Shown in pieces: positions 49,946 through 61,872 of a stretch of DNA of 64,000 nt. The position numbers were made by a program, and so were the translations under genes. Source of the stretch: Chrysemys picta bellii (Eukaryota); NCBI RefSeq assembly GCF_011386835.1, contig NC_088800.1, positions 10,416,001 to 10,480,000 of the forward strand. Direction: 5' to 3'. Under the pieces are notes generated by a model. That model saw only the letters and a program-made list of their open reading frames with translations. It was not told the DNA's origin and made no database searches. Numbering within the stretch: position 1 is the first letter of the stretch; each line of letters begins with the position of its first letter.

Positions 49946-50647
49946 ATATGTAATATTCCTCTGGGAAGCAGTGTTCTAGCTTCATCTACTTTCACATATG
50001 AATCAATGATATATTTAATCAAATTTTAAAATGCATACTATCTACATGAAGCTGTTTGTTTACCCTCTAACTATATAACCAGGCTCTATAGATCAGAGTC
50101 TCCTTTAAAAATTGTTTAAAAAAACACAGATTCTTATTTGATAGACTGGAACAGCTCTGTTTGCTTCATAGGTAGCCGGACAGTTATTTTCCACTATAAA
50201 GAATATAATATTTACCCAATGGACCAGAAAAACTCCTTCACTCACCCCATTATGCCAACGTATTTAAATACATTGAAGGCCAGGTTTTGCTTGCCTTACT
50301 CATTTTGCAGCCAGTGGGACTATTTGTGCAAGTAAAGTGATCAGGAGTTAGCCCATATATCCCGCCAACTTCTAAGACTCGTTTATAGATTTACGTATAA
50401 TAGCCTGAGGTGAGGACTTTGGGCAGACTTAGAGCTTCCATTATTATTTTTTTTATTTGTCTTGTGTCCTTCAGCTCTTCTGTCTACTTCAATGGGAGAG
50501 TGGATTATTCAGCACTGTATTCTGTGCTGTGCAGGTAGGAGATGTCTTAAATATCTATATGCTGATGGGGTGAGTGGTTAGAGCATGTTTTTTGTTACAT
50601 ATACAAAAGACCAGGAGTAATTTCCATGATCATTATGTTCCTGCAGG

Positions 50648-50726
<79 letters not shown>
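50648..50726. repeat. Compound (TC)n(TG)n microsatellite
   Basis: About 10 TC units followed by about 29 TG units. Confidence 0.98.
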
Positions 50727-50729
<3 letters not shown>

Positions 50730-51299
50730 GTTCCTGGGGAAAAAAATAGTATAATTGCAGAAAACAGGAGTATGAATTCTTACCTCTGGATGTACACTAT
50801 CCTTTTGTTAATTTGTTGAGTGCCAACAACGTGCTTGATGCCACATGGACCACAGAGGAGATACGTGTTCATATGATGTGAGAGAGCCCCTCAGCACGTA
50901 ACCTGTAACAATTTAGACTCCTTAAAACTCCCTGGGCCTAATTTTCTCCTTCAGGACATGAGTAACACCCATTGGCAGCATACCAGTATCTGCCATTTAT
51001 GTGAAAGGATGGAGTCCCCTGACACTAAATTACTCCCATTTATAACATGTATCTTAGACCTCCTTTCACACCATTTGTGTACTTCACCGATTATCTCTGC
51101 TCCCAGGAGTGTACTGCCTTGGAAATCCCATATTTGGCATCATGGGAAACATGGATCATCTTTCTGTTTAGTTCTCTTTGTATCTTCTGTTTATAATATG
51201 TACAGAGATTCAGAGCCTGAAATTTAAACACTGTAGCGATGAACACAATGTATGTTTGACCCATTGTAGTGTTTCCATGAATAAGAAATGGGGTCCTTC

Positions 51300-51648
51300 C
51301 AGGCAGGCTCTACTGTTTTTGCCGCCCCAAGCAACGTGCCGAATTGCTGCCGTAGACAGCGGGGGCAGTCCATGCGCCGTTAGGGCGGCACATGTGTTTC
51401 CACGGCGGCAGCAATTTGGTGGCAGCTTCTATGTTCAGCTGCCCGCGGTGGCAATTCGGCGGCAGCTTCTGTCTTGAAGCTGCCGCCGTGGAAATGCGTG
51501 TGCCGCCCTAACGGCGCACGGACTGCCCCCGCTGTCCGGGGCGACAGTTTGGCGCACTGCTTGGGGGCAAAAACACACGGACTGCCGCCCCTTGCAGATT
51601 GCCGCCCCAAGCACCTGCTTGGAAGGCTGGTGCCTGGAGCCGGCCCTT
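51300..51648. mobile_element. GC-rich hAT MITE (CAGGGCCGGCTC-type TIR)
   Basis: Ends caggcaggctc / gagccggccctt. Perfect TSD ggtccttc at 51292-51299 and 51649-51656. Internal inverted repeat about 51359-51533. Confidence 0.88.
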
Positions 51649-53494
51649 GGTCCTTCAGATGTCCTTCCTTCCTACTTTATCTCTTTGTCATCTCTCCCGC
51701 ACAGACTCTCCTCTGTAGCTTGGATGTACATATGGTTCTCTGGTCATTTAGAGTGACCACACCAGGATCACCAATCATAGAAGTTAAGGTGGAGGAAACT
51801 ATGGCTCACCAAAAGCATTCCCCAGTTATTGGGGTTCATTTATCATTTGGATTCAAAATGTTTGATCAAGAATCTGACTGTGTTATGGGTAAAGTATTGT
51901 AGTGTCTGATGGTGGGGAAACTGCTGCTTTAAATCTAAGGAGGTTGCTTGTTCTTCTGATAATCCTTCTGATAACCCACTCTGTGGTTCCTCCCAGAGTC
52001 CTACCCTTTCAGAGGCAGCATACCTTAGGCACATATTTAACCTACCAATCAGTGTGCCATCCCCAGCTCCTGATGTGCAGTTCTGTTCAATTCCAACACA
52101 AGGATGGGCCATGACAAACACTAAATTCCCCAATTATCCTACTCTGATCTCTTCTCCCAGAAAACTTGTTCTAACCCAATTTTAGTCTCAAGGGGTTTGT
52201 ATATAGAGAAATAAACTTTCATTGCAAAGTTTGGACCTGGGTCTGAAATTTCCACAAGGTCCAGAGCTGGTGTCAGCTCAAACTGGGTTCTATCTGGATA
52301 AATAGCTGAACTGGTGGGTGCTTCTCTGAACAGGACCTTTGAACCAACTGAGGTTCATCCATCACTACTTCAAATAAGAGAGAGAGTCCCTTTTAATTTA
52401 AATTGTGTGGGAATCTGAGTTACACTCCATGCAACTGAATAAAGCAGAGCAGAATTCTGCTTGTCACTGTCTATGCTGGACCCTTTTATAGAGCATTTGT
52501 ACCTGTTTGCATTCTCTTGAGCTGAACTGACTTAAAGATCCTAAAGGGAAGATAAATTGGGGAGATTTAAAACACAAAGGGCCCAGAACAAGACAGCTGG
52601 CTTTGCCACACCTTTCTTGAAAGAAACCCCACTGCAGGAAGTGTTTTGGGCAGGCAGGGGTATGTCCTGGGGAAGGAGAGGGTGTACCCAGGGCAATCCT
52701 GCACCCCAACTATTTACTGCATGGCCCACAGAGGCCATGACAGATAGACAAGTTAGGGCAGTCCTAACCAGCACCTGGATAAAGAAAGCACAAGCTTCCC
52801 CCATCTCCCCATGTCCATCCCCGCCCCAGTGGAGAGCCCAGCACATGGCATGAATTTGTCCATGAGAGCTCTATGATCATGTAAGATGAATCCATCCATT
52901 AATGTCCATCTGCCCGGGGTCATTGAAGGGTCTGTTAGAGATAATTAGAGGTCTGTTTTTCCTTTAAAATTTCTAGTCTGTTTCCCTCACTATTTTCAAA
53001 ACACCCTGAAGTAGACCATACATCACAATGAGGTCAAAGCGAAAGGAAGAAAAAAAACAACAATCCCTGAACAATGACAGTTTTCATTTATTATTGAGTG
53101 CGTTTTAAAGTCACCAGTCATCATCAAGAGAAGAATGGAGTTAGATGCCTGACAAGGAAGATGCTCTGTGCAGAAGCATAATGTTCAATTCACTGCCAAG
53201 GCTGCTGACTTCAGAAACAAAAGGATAATATGTGAAATAATTAATTCCCTACCTTGAAGGTAAAGTGGCATCAGAATTACACTGACTGTGTTCAGGGTTT
53301 TTTAAAGTGACTTCCCTTTTGCTAATTTGGGCTTAGTAACATCAAAAGTTTTCAAGGCCTCCAGTCCAGAAGTCACGTGACTGCACCAGAATCTCAACTT
53401 ACATTAAAAAAAAGAAGTTTTTATATCTCATGTATGTGAAGAAAAACTTGAAAACGTGTCCTAAAGCTAAAATGTCTGCTTCATTGGGGGGTGG

Positions 53495-53576
53495 GGGGGG
53501 GGTGGGGGGGAAGGGGGCACAAGGTGGAAGTTTCGCCTAGGGCGCTTTACTTCCTTGCACCAGCCCTGGCAGGGAC
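53495..53576. mobile_element. Right-end fragment of a related hAT element, preceded by a G-tract
   Basis: ggcacaaggtggaagtttcgcctagggcgc...gcaccagccctg. Confidence 0.55.
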
Positions 53577-53633
53577 AGGGCTATGTGAGGGAGTTTTGTG
53601 GCGTGTGACCAGGGCTCTATATTGCCTGAAGTT

Positions 53634-53678
53634 TTCTTTTCTTTTCTTTTCTTTTCTTTTCTTTTCTTTTCTTTTCTT
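53634..53678. repeat. (TTTTC)n microsatellite
   Basis: About 9 ttttc units. Confidence 0.95.
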
Positions 53679-54042
53679 ATGTTGTCTATTTAGGGAAGAT
53701 TCCACAATCCTTACTCATGTCGAGCAATATCTTACTCCACTAATATCAGTCACACTGCTTGTGGAATAAGGTACTACTCACTTTGACTAACGGACGTCTT
53801 TGTGGAGATGAACATTAATAGATGTCATTAGATATGATCATGAGCTTGAAATCTATAAACGACTAGTACTTGTGGAGCAAGATGCTACTCAGCGTGAGAA
53901 AGGGTGGCAGCACCTAACCTATGGATTGTAAACTTTCTGTGCCAGGCATCTGTCTCATTATAAGAAAACAATAAGCACGATCAGAAAGTTAAATAAGTCT
54001 AATTATAGATGTCTGTAAAACAAGCACAATTTGAAGGAACTG

Positions 54043-54066
54043 TAATAATAATAATAATAATAATAG
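54043..54066. repeat. (TAA)n microsatellite
   Basis: taataataataataataataatag. Confidence 0.9.
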
Positions 54067-54954
54067 TCAAAGGACAACATTTATAGGTGATGTACAATAA
54101 TATTACTGTGTGTGAATGAGTGTCAGTAATCAAACATAGTCAACGAGGAGCAGTTTTTAATGCTCAGAAAGTGTTTAAGCTCAGACAAACTTAAATATTT
54201 TCCAAAACAATTTATATTTATTAATGGCTACTACAAAATCCATTTACCCGTAATCAAGTGAAACTTAAGGGTGCTGGCTTTCTTAAGTGCCTAGAGTCAA
54301 CAATATTAAAGTAAATAGTGGAGGACATTCCAAGATAGTATTAACACAATTGATTTATTGATGATTGCACAATGGGAGGTTATCTTTTGTTAATTGACTC
54401 AGTAAATAACCTCATAGGCGTCACTAGTAGAAAAAAAATCTATTGGGTATTGGAAAGTTGACAGGGTTTAAAAGAGGGTGAGGGAGCTGTTACATTCCCT
54501 AAACAGTTTGCCCACTCACTCAAATAATAACACAGAGATAACTCCTCTGACCAGATGAAAGCACTAAGATACGTCTTGGGAGATGCTAACAAGAAACCAA
54601 GTGGGATCTGATGTGTGCCAGGATGGAAAGTGAAGCCCTCAAATTCTGGTGGCTTGTACCATGTTGCATGTGAAATGCTGAGATTTTTTTTTTGCACTTG
54701 ATTTCACATAAGCATGGCAAATGGAGTTGTGATTTTGGAGCTGTCCCTAACACAGAAAGAGCTTCAAGAAGACACATTTACATACGGTATGCTCTATGCG
54801 CATCAGACATACCTTATTTGTTCCATAACAATTTAGCCAGCCAACATTTCTCAAAGGCACGTTCGGAAAACCCAGCCCTTTCCCTTGCTTTTTGCCCTTC
54901 CCCCTCTTTCCCCGTTTCACTCTATTTTATTTAGTGTTTGTTCAGCAAATGCAC

Positions 54955-55252
54955 AGGGCTGTAAGTTCCTGATCTATTGAAGCACTTAAGCACGCGTGCC
55001 ATCCTACCAATGTCAATGGGGCCACTCTCTCAGATTAATTATGCATGTGATTAGGATCCAGATGTTTAAAGCTACTTACGCATTGGCTGTGCTCAGCATT
55101 GCAACACCTAACTGACTTAGGAGCCTAAATCTCATTATCAGAAGGATTTAGGCACTTTGGAGCCTAAATCTCATTGGCTGTCAATGGGATCTTGACACTT
55201 AGCTAAATACCTTTTAAAAATCTGGGCCAAGTGCTTTGCAGGATCAGGGCTT
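54955..55252. mobile_element. Nested ancient small palindromic MITEs (gggcc.gatcct / ccattgacttcaatggg family)
   Basis: Ends resemble ggcctgatcct / aggatcagggc, with internal gcctaaatc repeats. Similar degenerate units at about 3764, 6177, 16597, 19790, 23380, 23920, 32240, 41985, 45715 and 59880. Confidence 0.45.
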
Positions 55253-56869
55253 AGGTGTTTATTACTATTATTATTTGATCGTTTCATTGTAGGTCTGGCT
55301 GTCTCATTTCTTCAGTCTTGTCCAATGTGCACATGTCCTCAGACTGAGTTCTCTGGGCCCGTTCCTTGTTGACTTCATTACAGCTATGCCAAAGGACATC
55401 CCCACATTCAATACATTTAAAAGGATTCTGTTCTTCTCTTTCTAAAAATAGCCTTCTTCCCCTTCTGATTCTGCCTCTTTTTGCTTAATTTTCTCGTGTT
55501 TTGCCTTTAATATTCTCCCCCACCTCTCCATCTCTCTGATAGTCCCAGTTTCTGCAAGACACAGGGGGTGGGGTGGAGAATATCAGGGAGCCAACTGCAG
55601 CTGCTGGAATTTCTAGCGAATTCTATATGGACACCAGCCCCAGAATAGACGATAGCAGGAGAGAGGCTGCTCTAATTATTATTGTCATTTATTACTTGTA
55701 TATCGGGTCTACCCCAGCTGGTGACTTCCCTCAAAGAGCTATGTTGCCAGCTGGGAATTGCTTGAGTTCAGTAGCACTGTTGCCTTGTCCTTTCTGACTC
55801 CTAGCATGCTCACTAAACTGGGGCTGGGAAGAGTAGTGGAGGAGCTGGGTACACTGGTCCTTTACATACTGGAGATTCTCCTGTGGTGTGGGAATCTCAG
55901 GCTAAGGAGCTATGCCATCAGGTTCTCATCTCTTTGTGCCACCTGAAGGGGTCAAATTGAGGAGAGAATCTGGTGCTTTATCTTTTATTCTTTGATGTTG
56001 GTTTCTATTTCTTTTCTCTTGTTAAATCTCTTTTATTCCCCTTTCTGCCCTTCGCCTTCATACACTCTATTTCTGATCCCTCCATTTCTCTCCCTCCCTC
56101 CTTTTCCCTCCCCCAGCAGCCCCTTAGGACAGGGCCAGGATCAATCTGGAAGCTCTCCTTCACTCAGCATGGACATAGGACATATAGTCATTTGCTCCTA
56201 TTTCAACTGCAGTCAGCTGGGAGCAAACATCACTTCTGCTCTTGTCTGAGAACATCTAATAGACATCTGGGAAGGAGGAGACCCTGCCTATACTTTGGGT
56301 AAACAGCTGCCGAGGAGGGAACATGACTAACTAGTGATTTTTTACCCATGGTCTGTAATATGTCAGGGGATTTAGAAGGGAATTAACTCCCCTCCAGCTT
56401 ATGACCCTCCGGAATCACCTGCACCGAGTCATGCTGCTTTTCATGTCATATCAACAACCTAATGTGCAAAAATCAAACAATCTGTGCCACTTTTTTAAAA
56501 GCGTGCCCAGACTGCGGGAACAAAGGAACTCCTGTTTCCTAATCTCAATAACAATTAAGACATCAGATTAATAGAATCTTTAAATGCTTTGACGGATGCA
56601 TGTGGAACACTCTATGTTTGCATTACCATAAAGCCTATCAGCACCCTTAACATTAAAGGTCACATTCGGGAACATAAAATAACAGGGCTGCAAACAAGAC
56701 CAAGCTTGCAGTCTTGTTGTGAAAAAATGATTGTCATTTCTTACATGGCCAGTTTTTGGAGCTGCTGGTCAGCTTCACAGGATCTGTACTTTACCCCTGA
56801 GAGCCATTTCATCAGGCATGGACTTCCCTGGCGTTAAGGAGCATGTCACTCTATCTCTCCCGCTCCCCC

Positions 56870-57110
56870 CTCTTCCTCCTCTTACTTCTTATTCCCCTTA
56901 GCCCATCAGCTAGGTTGGGTTATCATGCAAGCATCTGCCATCTTCATCTGTCTGAGGTGGCACTAAGGTCCACTTGCTTACTATCTTCTTTGATGCAAGC
57001 CATTCGTTCCTTCCTCAGCTTTCCGCAGGTCACTTTCCTACCACCCTCTCCTGCCATGCTATTGTCTCCAGGTTCTCTAATTCATCCTCTGCATATTGTT
57101 TTCACCTCTT
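56870..57110 (-). mobile_element. Second RTE-like LINE 3' end fossil
   Basis: Minus strand gives GKLRKERMACIKED...DR*RWQML (compare GRPKKRW.DCIKED...DR..WR.L), followed by a GAA-rich tail. Confidence 0.4.
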
Positions 57111-58248
57111 CCAAAAGGGCTGAACCTCCCCAAAAGAGCTGGGATGGAAGTGTATAAGGTGGATATCTGATGACTTTAAAAGCACCCAATAGCTCAAGGC
57201 AGCTGGGGGCCTTTAGCCTGGGAGCACAGACTACTTAGGAGAAGGAAATTTCTGATCACAGATTCCCATTCAAGGGTTAAATGCAGCCTGGTGTTGGTCA
57301 GCAGAGACACCAGTCCCTTCTGTTGGTGGTCCACTAGGGATATGGCAACAAGGCAGGAAGAGAGCAAGTAAATACTTAGTTTAACTGGGGAAAGGCCCTC
57401 TCACTGTTGTATATGTCAGGAACGCCAACTGATATATTGTAGTTCTTATTGGTGCAAGGTGACTTCTTCCCCCTTCTCCTTCCTTGACTCAAAATTGCAC
57501 TCAGTGGTTCACTTAATGAATGTAATGCCCTTGCTAATAGGATTGAACCACAATGCCTATCCTTTAACTTGGCACCAAAGCCCTGCGTGCATTTACTTTT
57601 AGCTGGCTATTTTAAAATGCTGTCTGCCTGGTAACTGTTCCAGCGTCTGTTCTCCCAATATTCTGAGTAGTAATCCTCGGAATTATCCTGGATCAGACAT
57701 AAATGAAGAACTTGTGCAGAGGACTCAAATTTCTCTACTGGGTTGTAACTCAGGCCAGGATTAAATGCCAGCATTTATAGCGCCCCTGTGGAAGTGAGCG
57801 TTCTGAACTCCAAGGCTGACTGGATGTTCCCCTTGAAATATTTAATGTTCAAGTATTGTGGGGATACAAACATTAGAAATCTCTCTGGGGAACAAGCCTA
57901 AAAGGTCACTATTTTGGGGAGGAGTAGCTAGAGAACAGTGAACTCCAAACATTTTCCTTTGTGGGAGAGAGGGGAAGCAAAATCTTTTATTTGTCCTTTG
58001 CTTCCAACCATCCAACCTCCTGTGACCCATCATTTGTCCATTGCTCCTTGTGACACTGATGAGCTACCCCATTCACTTTCTTTCCTAGCCTGGTGTGAGA
58101 TCTATGAAAAGAGCAGCAGAGCTGATGGATGTTTGAACAGATTGGCAGGCTCCTGTCAGTGCCCCTGCAGGAAGACAGTAGAGGGACACTCAGATTTTGG
58201 CTTATGGTCCCTCTTTTGCCTTAGGATTCTCAGAGATAATGGCCCTTA

Positions 58249-58533
58249 GGCTTGGTCTACACTACCCCCCTAATTCGAACTAAGGTACGCAACTTCAGCT
58301 ACGTGAATAACGTAGCTGAAGTCGAAGTACCTTAGTTCGAACTTACCTTGGTCCACACTTGGCAGGCAGGCTCCCCCGTCGACTCCGCGGTACTCCTCTC
58401 GCCGAGCTGGAGTACCGCAGTCGACGGCGAGCACTTCCGGGTTCGACTTATCGCGTCCAGACTAGACGCGATAAGTCGAACCCAGAAGTTCAATTGCCAG
58501 CCGCCGAACTAGCGGGTAAGTGTAGCCAAGGCC
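58249..58533 (+). mobile_element. PIF/Harbinger-type hairpin-rich MITE
   Basis: TIRs ggcttggtctacact / agtgtagccaaggcc. TTA TSD at 58246-58248 and 58534-58536. Three internal hairpins. Confidence 0.9.
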
Positions 58534-59970
58534 TTAGTCAGGAGTCAGGAAGCCTTAGTATATATACTGCAGCATAACAGTACTTAGGGTAATGTCTTTT
58601 CTCTTTGCTTCTTCCACCTCCTCATATATTTTGTCATAGAAACTCAGGAAACTCTTCCTCCCAGCAACGTCTCTGTATGTGTCCCCTAAACTGAAATCAC
58701 TCAATAAAAACTGTAAGTGATCAAATTTACACCTCTGCCACCTGCTCCAAGAGTTCGGTCATTTCACCGACCCAGTGTTTCAGCACAGCAGATGTCCCTG
58801 CCACTATCTTTGACCTAATCATAGCACTTACGACCCACATGTTTCTTGGTCACAGACCAGCACAGGGTCAAAAGTATCTTACAGACCAACCACTATAGCT
58901 TGCGTTAGATCCACAAGAACAGTGTGTGAAATTCCTGTTAGGTTCAGTTTCTCCTGACCTGCGAGGGCCGGGATAGCTGAACTTCATAATCTGTCTGAAG
59001 CTTCTTCACTTCCTTGGCACTGGCAGTTCCTTGGTGGAAAGCACAGGGGGCAGAGATAGGGGGCGGGCAGAGGGAGGATGTGCTCAAATTCTAAAATCGG
59101 ATGACAGGCACAGGTGCTGGCTGTGGAATAGTGCTGCAATCCTACGGCATGCACCACAGAAATCACAGACTGGCCTCATTCTCTAGCTGTTGTGAAACAC
59201 AGATTGAGTGTCAGGAGTTATGACTGTGTTGTAAAACTGTAAACCTGACCGCATACATTTATTAAAAATTCCCTGTCACGTTCTGTAAGAATCTGGGAGG
59301 CTGCTAGTTCAGTGTCCCAAATTGGGTAATTGCATGTTACCTTCTTAATTACATTCCCTATTGTTTATCGTTGGGCACGTTAGTTTGCACTTTCTCCCCG
59401 AACCCAAAACTGGCCTGAATCAGAACTCTTGATCCACAGACCTCTAAAATAGGATGACATTTGGATCTGGATCCATATCTATTGCTAATCCCGTTTCCCA
59501 GACTTGGGGAACAACTGCCTGGGTGTCACTGGTGAAAATGGTTACCATTAACCCCAGAGGCTGCATTTCTGTGGAAAGTTAAGTGATCCCTATTCACACA
59601 GGTCCAAGTGTTTAAACAGTTGAGGCTTTCTGCCTGCACAAAATAATGCCATGTGAAAACTCTATTTTTGGGTGTACCAATTGAGTAGCTGTACATACAA
59701 AGAATACTATTGAACTTGCAAATGGACAAGTGGGTCTATAAATGAATGCATAGTGTGTACAATATTTTTCACACGGACTTTCACTTTTCTTTCGATACTG
59801 TGTGCTGCACAGTTTGAAGAACACTTGTGAAAGTTCTGCTACTGAACTACTTTCCAGTGTTCTCGCATCAGATATCACAAACCAAGGCTCTGCTTAGGCT
59901 CCCACCAAAATAAATGGCAAAAGTCCCATTGGCCTCCATAGTTCAGGATCATACCTTAAGCATGAGATGG

Positions 59971-61356
59971 CTAGATCGTTGGGTTTAACGGGTAGTGATC
60001 AATAGCTCCATGTCTTGTTGGCGGCTGGTATCAAGCGGAGTGCCCCAGGGGTTGGTCCTGGGGATGGTTTTGTTCAACATCTTCATTAATGCTTTGGATC
60101 AGTGTTTCCCAAACTTGGGACGCCGCTTGTGTAGGGAAAGCCCCTGGCGGGCTGGGCTGGTTTGTTTACCTGCCCCGTCCGCAGGTCCGGCCGATCTCAG
60201 CTCCTACTGGCCGCGGTTCACTGCTCCAGGCCAATGGGAGCTGCTGGAAGTGGCGGCCAGTATGTCCCTTGGCCCACGCCACTTCCTGCGGCTCCCATTG
60301 GCCTGGAGCAGCGAACCACGGCAAGTGGGAGCCGCGATCAGCCGGACCTGTGGATGCAGCAAGTAAACAAACCGACCCGGCCCGCCAGGGGCTTTCCCTA
60401 CACAAGCGGCATTCCAAGTTTGGGAAACATTGCTTTGGATGATGGGATGGATTGCACCCTCAGCAAGTTTGCAGATAACACTAAGCTGGGGGGGAGAGGT
60501 AGATACACTGGAGGGTAGGGATAGGGTCCAGAGTGACCTAGACAAATTGGAGGATTGGGCCAAAAGAAATCTGATGAGGTTCAAGAAGGACAAATGCAGA
60601 GTCCTGCACTTAGGACGGAAGAATCCCATGCACTGCTGCAGTGGGACCGACTGGCTAAGTGGCAGTTCTACAGAAAAGGACCTGGGGATTACAGTGGATG
60701 AGAAGCTGGATATGAGTCAGCAGTGTGCTCTTGTTGCCAAGAAGGCTAACAGCATATTGGGCTGTATTAGTAGGAGCATTGCCAGCAGATCGAGAGAAGG
60801 GATTATTTCCCTCTATTCGGCACTGGTGAGGCCACATCTGGAGTATTGAGTCTAGTTTTGGGCCCCCCACTACAGAAAGAATGTGGACAAATTGGAGAGA
60901 GCCCAGCGGAGGGCAATGAAAATGATTAGGGGGCTGAGGCACATGACTTATGAGGAAAGGTTGAGGGAACTGGGGTTATTTAGTCTGCAGAAGAGAAGTG
61001 GGGGGGATTTCATGACAGCCTTCAACTACCTGAAGGGGGGTCCAAAGAGGATGGAGCTCGGCTGTTCTCAGTGGTGGCAAGATGACAGAACAAGGAGCAA
61101 TGGTCTGAAGTTGCAACGGGGGAGGTCTAGGTTGGATATTAGGAAAAACTATTTCCCTAGGAGGGTGGTGAAGCACTGGAATGCGTTACCTAGGGAGGTG
61201 GTGGAATTTCCATCCTTGGAGGTTTTTAAGGCCCAGCTTAACAAAGCTCTGGCTGGGATGATTTAGTTGGGGTTGGTCCTGCTTTGAGCAGGAGGTTGGA
61301 CTAGATGACCTCCTGAGGTCTCTTCCAACCCTGATATTCTATGATTCTTCGATTCT
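59971..61356 (+). mobile_element. 5'-truncated CR1 LINE (RT C-terminal half plus 3' UTR), pseudogenised
   Basis: [63 protein letters not shown]. (attctatg)n tail. Flanking 9-bp atgagatgg at 59962-59970 and 61357-61365. Frameshifts and a stop at 60847. Confidence 0.95.
60100..60432. mobile_element. hAT palindromic MITE, variant B, inserted in the CR1 RT coding region
   Basis: TIRs cagtgtttcccaaacttggga / tccaagtttgggaaacattg. Perfect TSD ctttggat at 60092-60099 and 60433-60440. Confidence 0.95.
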
Positions 61357-61365
61357 ATGAGATGG

Positions 61366-61872
61366 GATAGATCAGTACTGGGAGAATAGGTTCATAAGAA
61401 ACTCCCAAGTAATTCAAGAATGTGCTTTGCTAGACACCATTCTTCCTTCTATGACCATACCAAACCACCCCAACTCTGCTAGGAGTGAGGCCTGAGGAGG
61501 TGCTGTCTTTCTGATATAACAGAGGCATTGAACACTATGGTCATTTAAAAAAAAATCCCACAGCAGTTTTCTTTACAATTTACAGTTGTCCTCAGTGTCC
61601 TGGCTAAGTTCCAAATCAGATCATTACGTTCTTTCTATCTACGTTTCCCATACAGTTTCCACTGGATACAGTATTTTTCTTCACTTCCTGTCTTAAACTG
61701 TTGGGTAGTCTTACTGCATGCTGTTAAACAGAAAACACATTTCCCTTCTCTCGCCACTGCTGGCTACATTCCAGTTGTGGGTGCAGTGATCCCTTTAATA
61801 GTTTGCATACCAGTGTGGTATTGGTAAAGCACTTCAGCTCATTTTGACATGCAGGCACTATATAAATGGAAG
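61366..61872 (+). mobile_element. AmnSINE1-like Deu-SINE whose head is split by the CR1 insertion
   Basis: ggaggtgctgtcttt...tggtcatt.aaa.atccca...gtgtcctggctaagttccaa...cttcacttcctgtcttaaactgttg...gtgatccct...gcactatataaatg. Confidence 0.7.

Noticed and set aside
51380-51902. 142-aa ORF and an apparent acceptor at 51704
   Set aside because: The first half is MITE sequence, the rest matches no recognisable protein, and the donor is weak.
57775-57795. CTCF-like agcgcccctgtgg
   Set aside because: Spacing is about 2 nt short of the CTCF core consensus.
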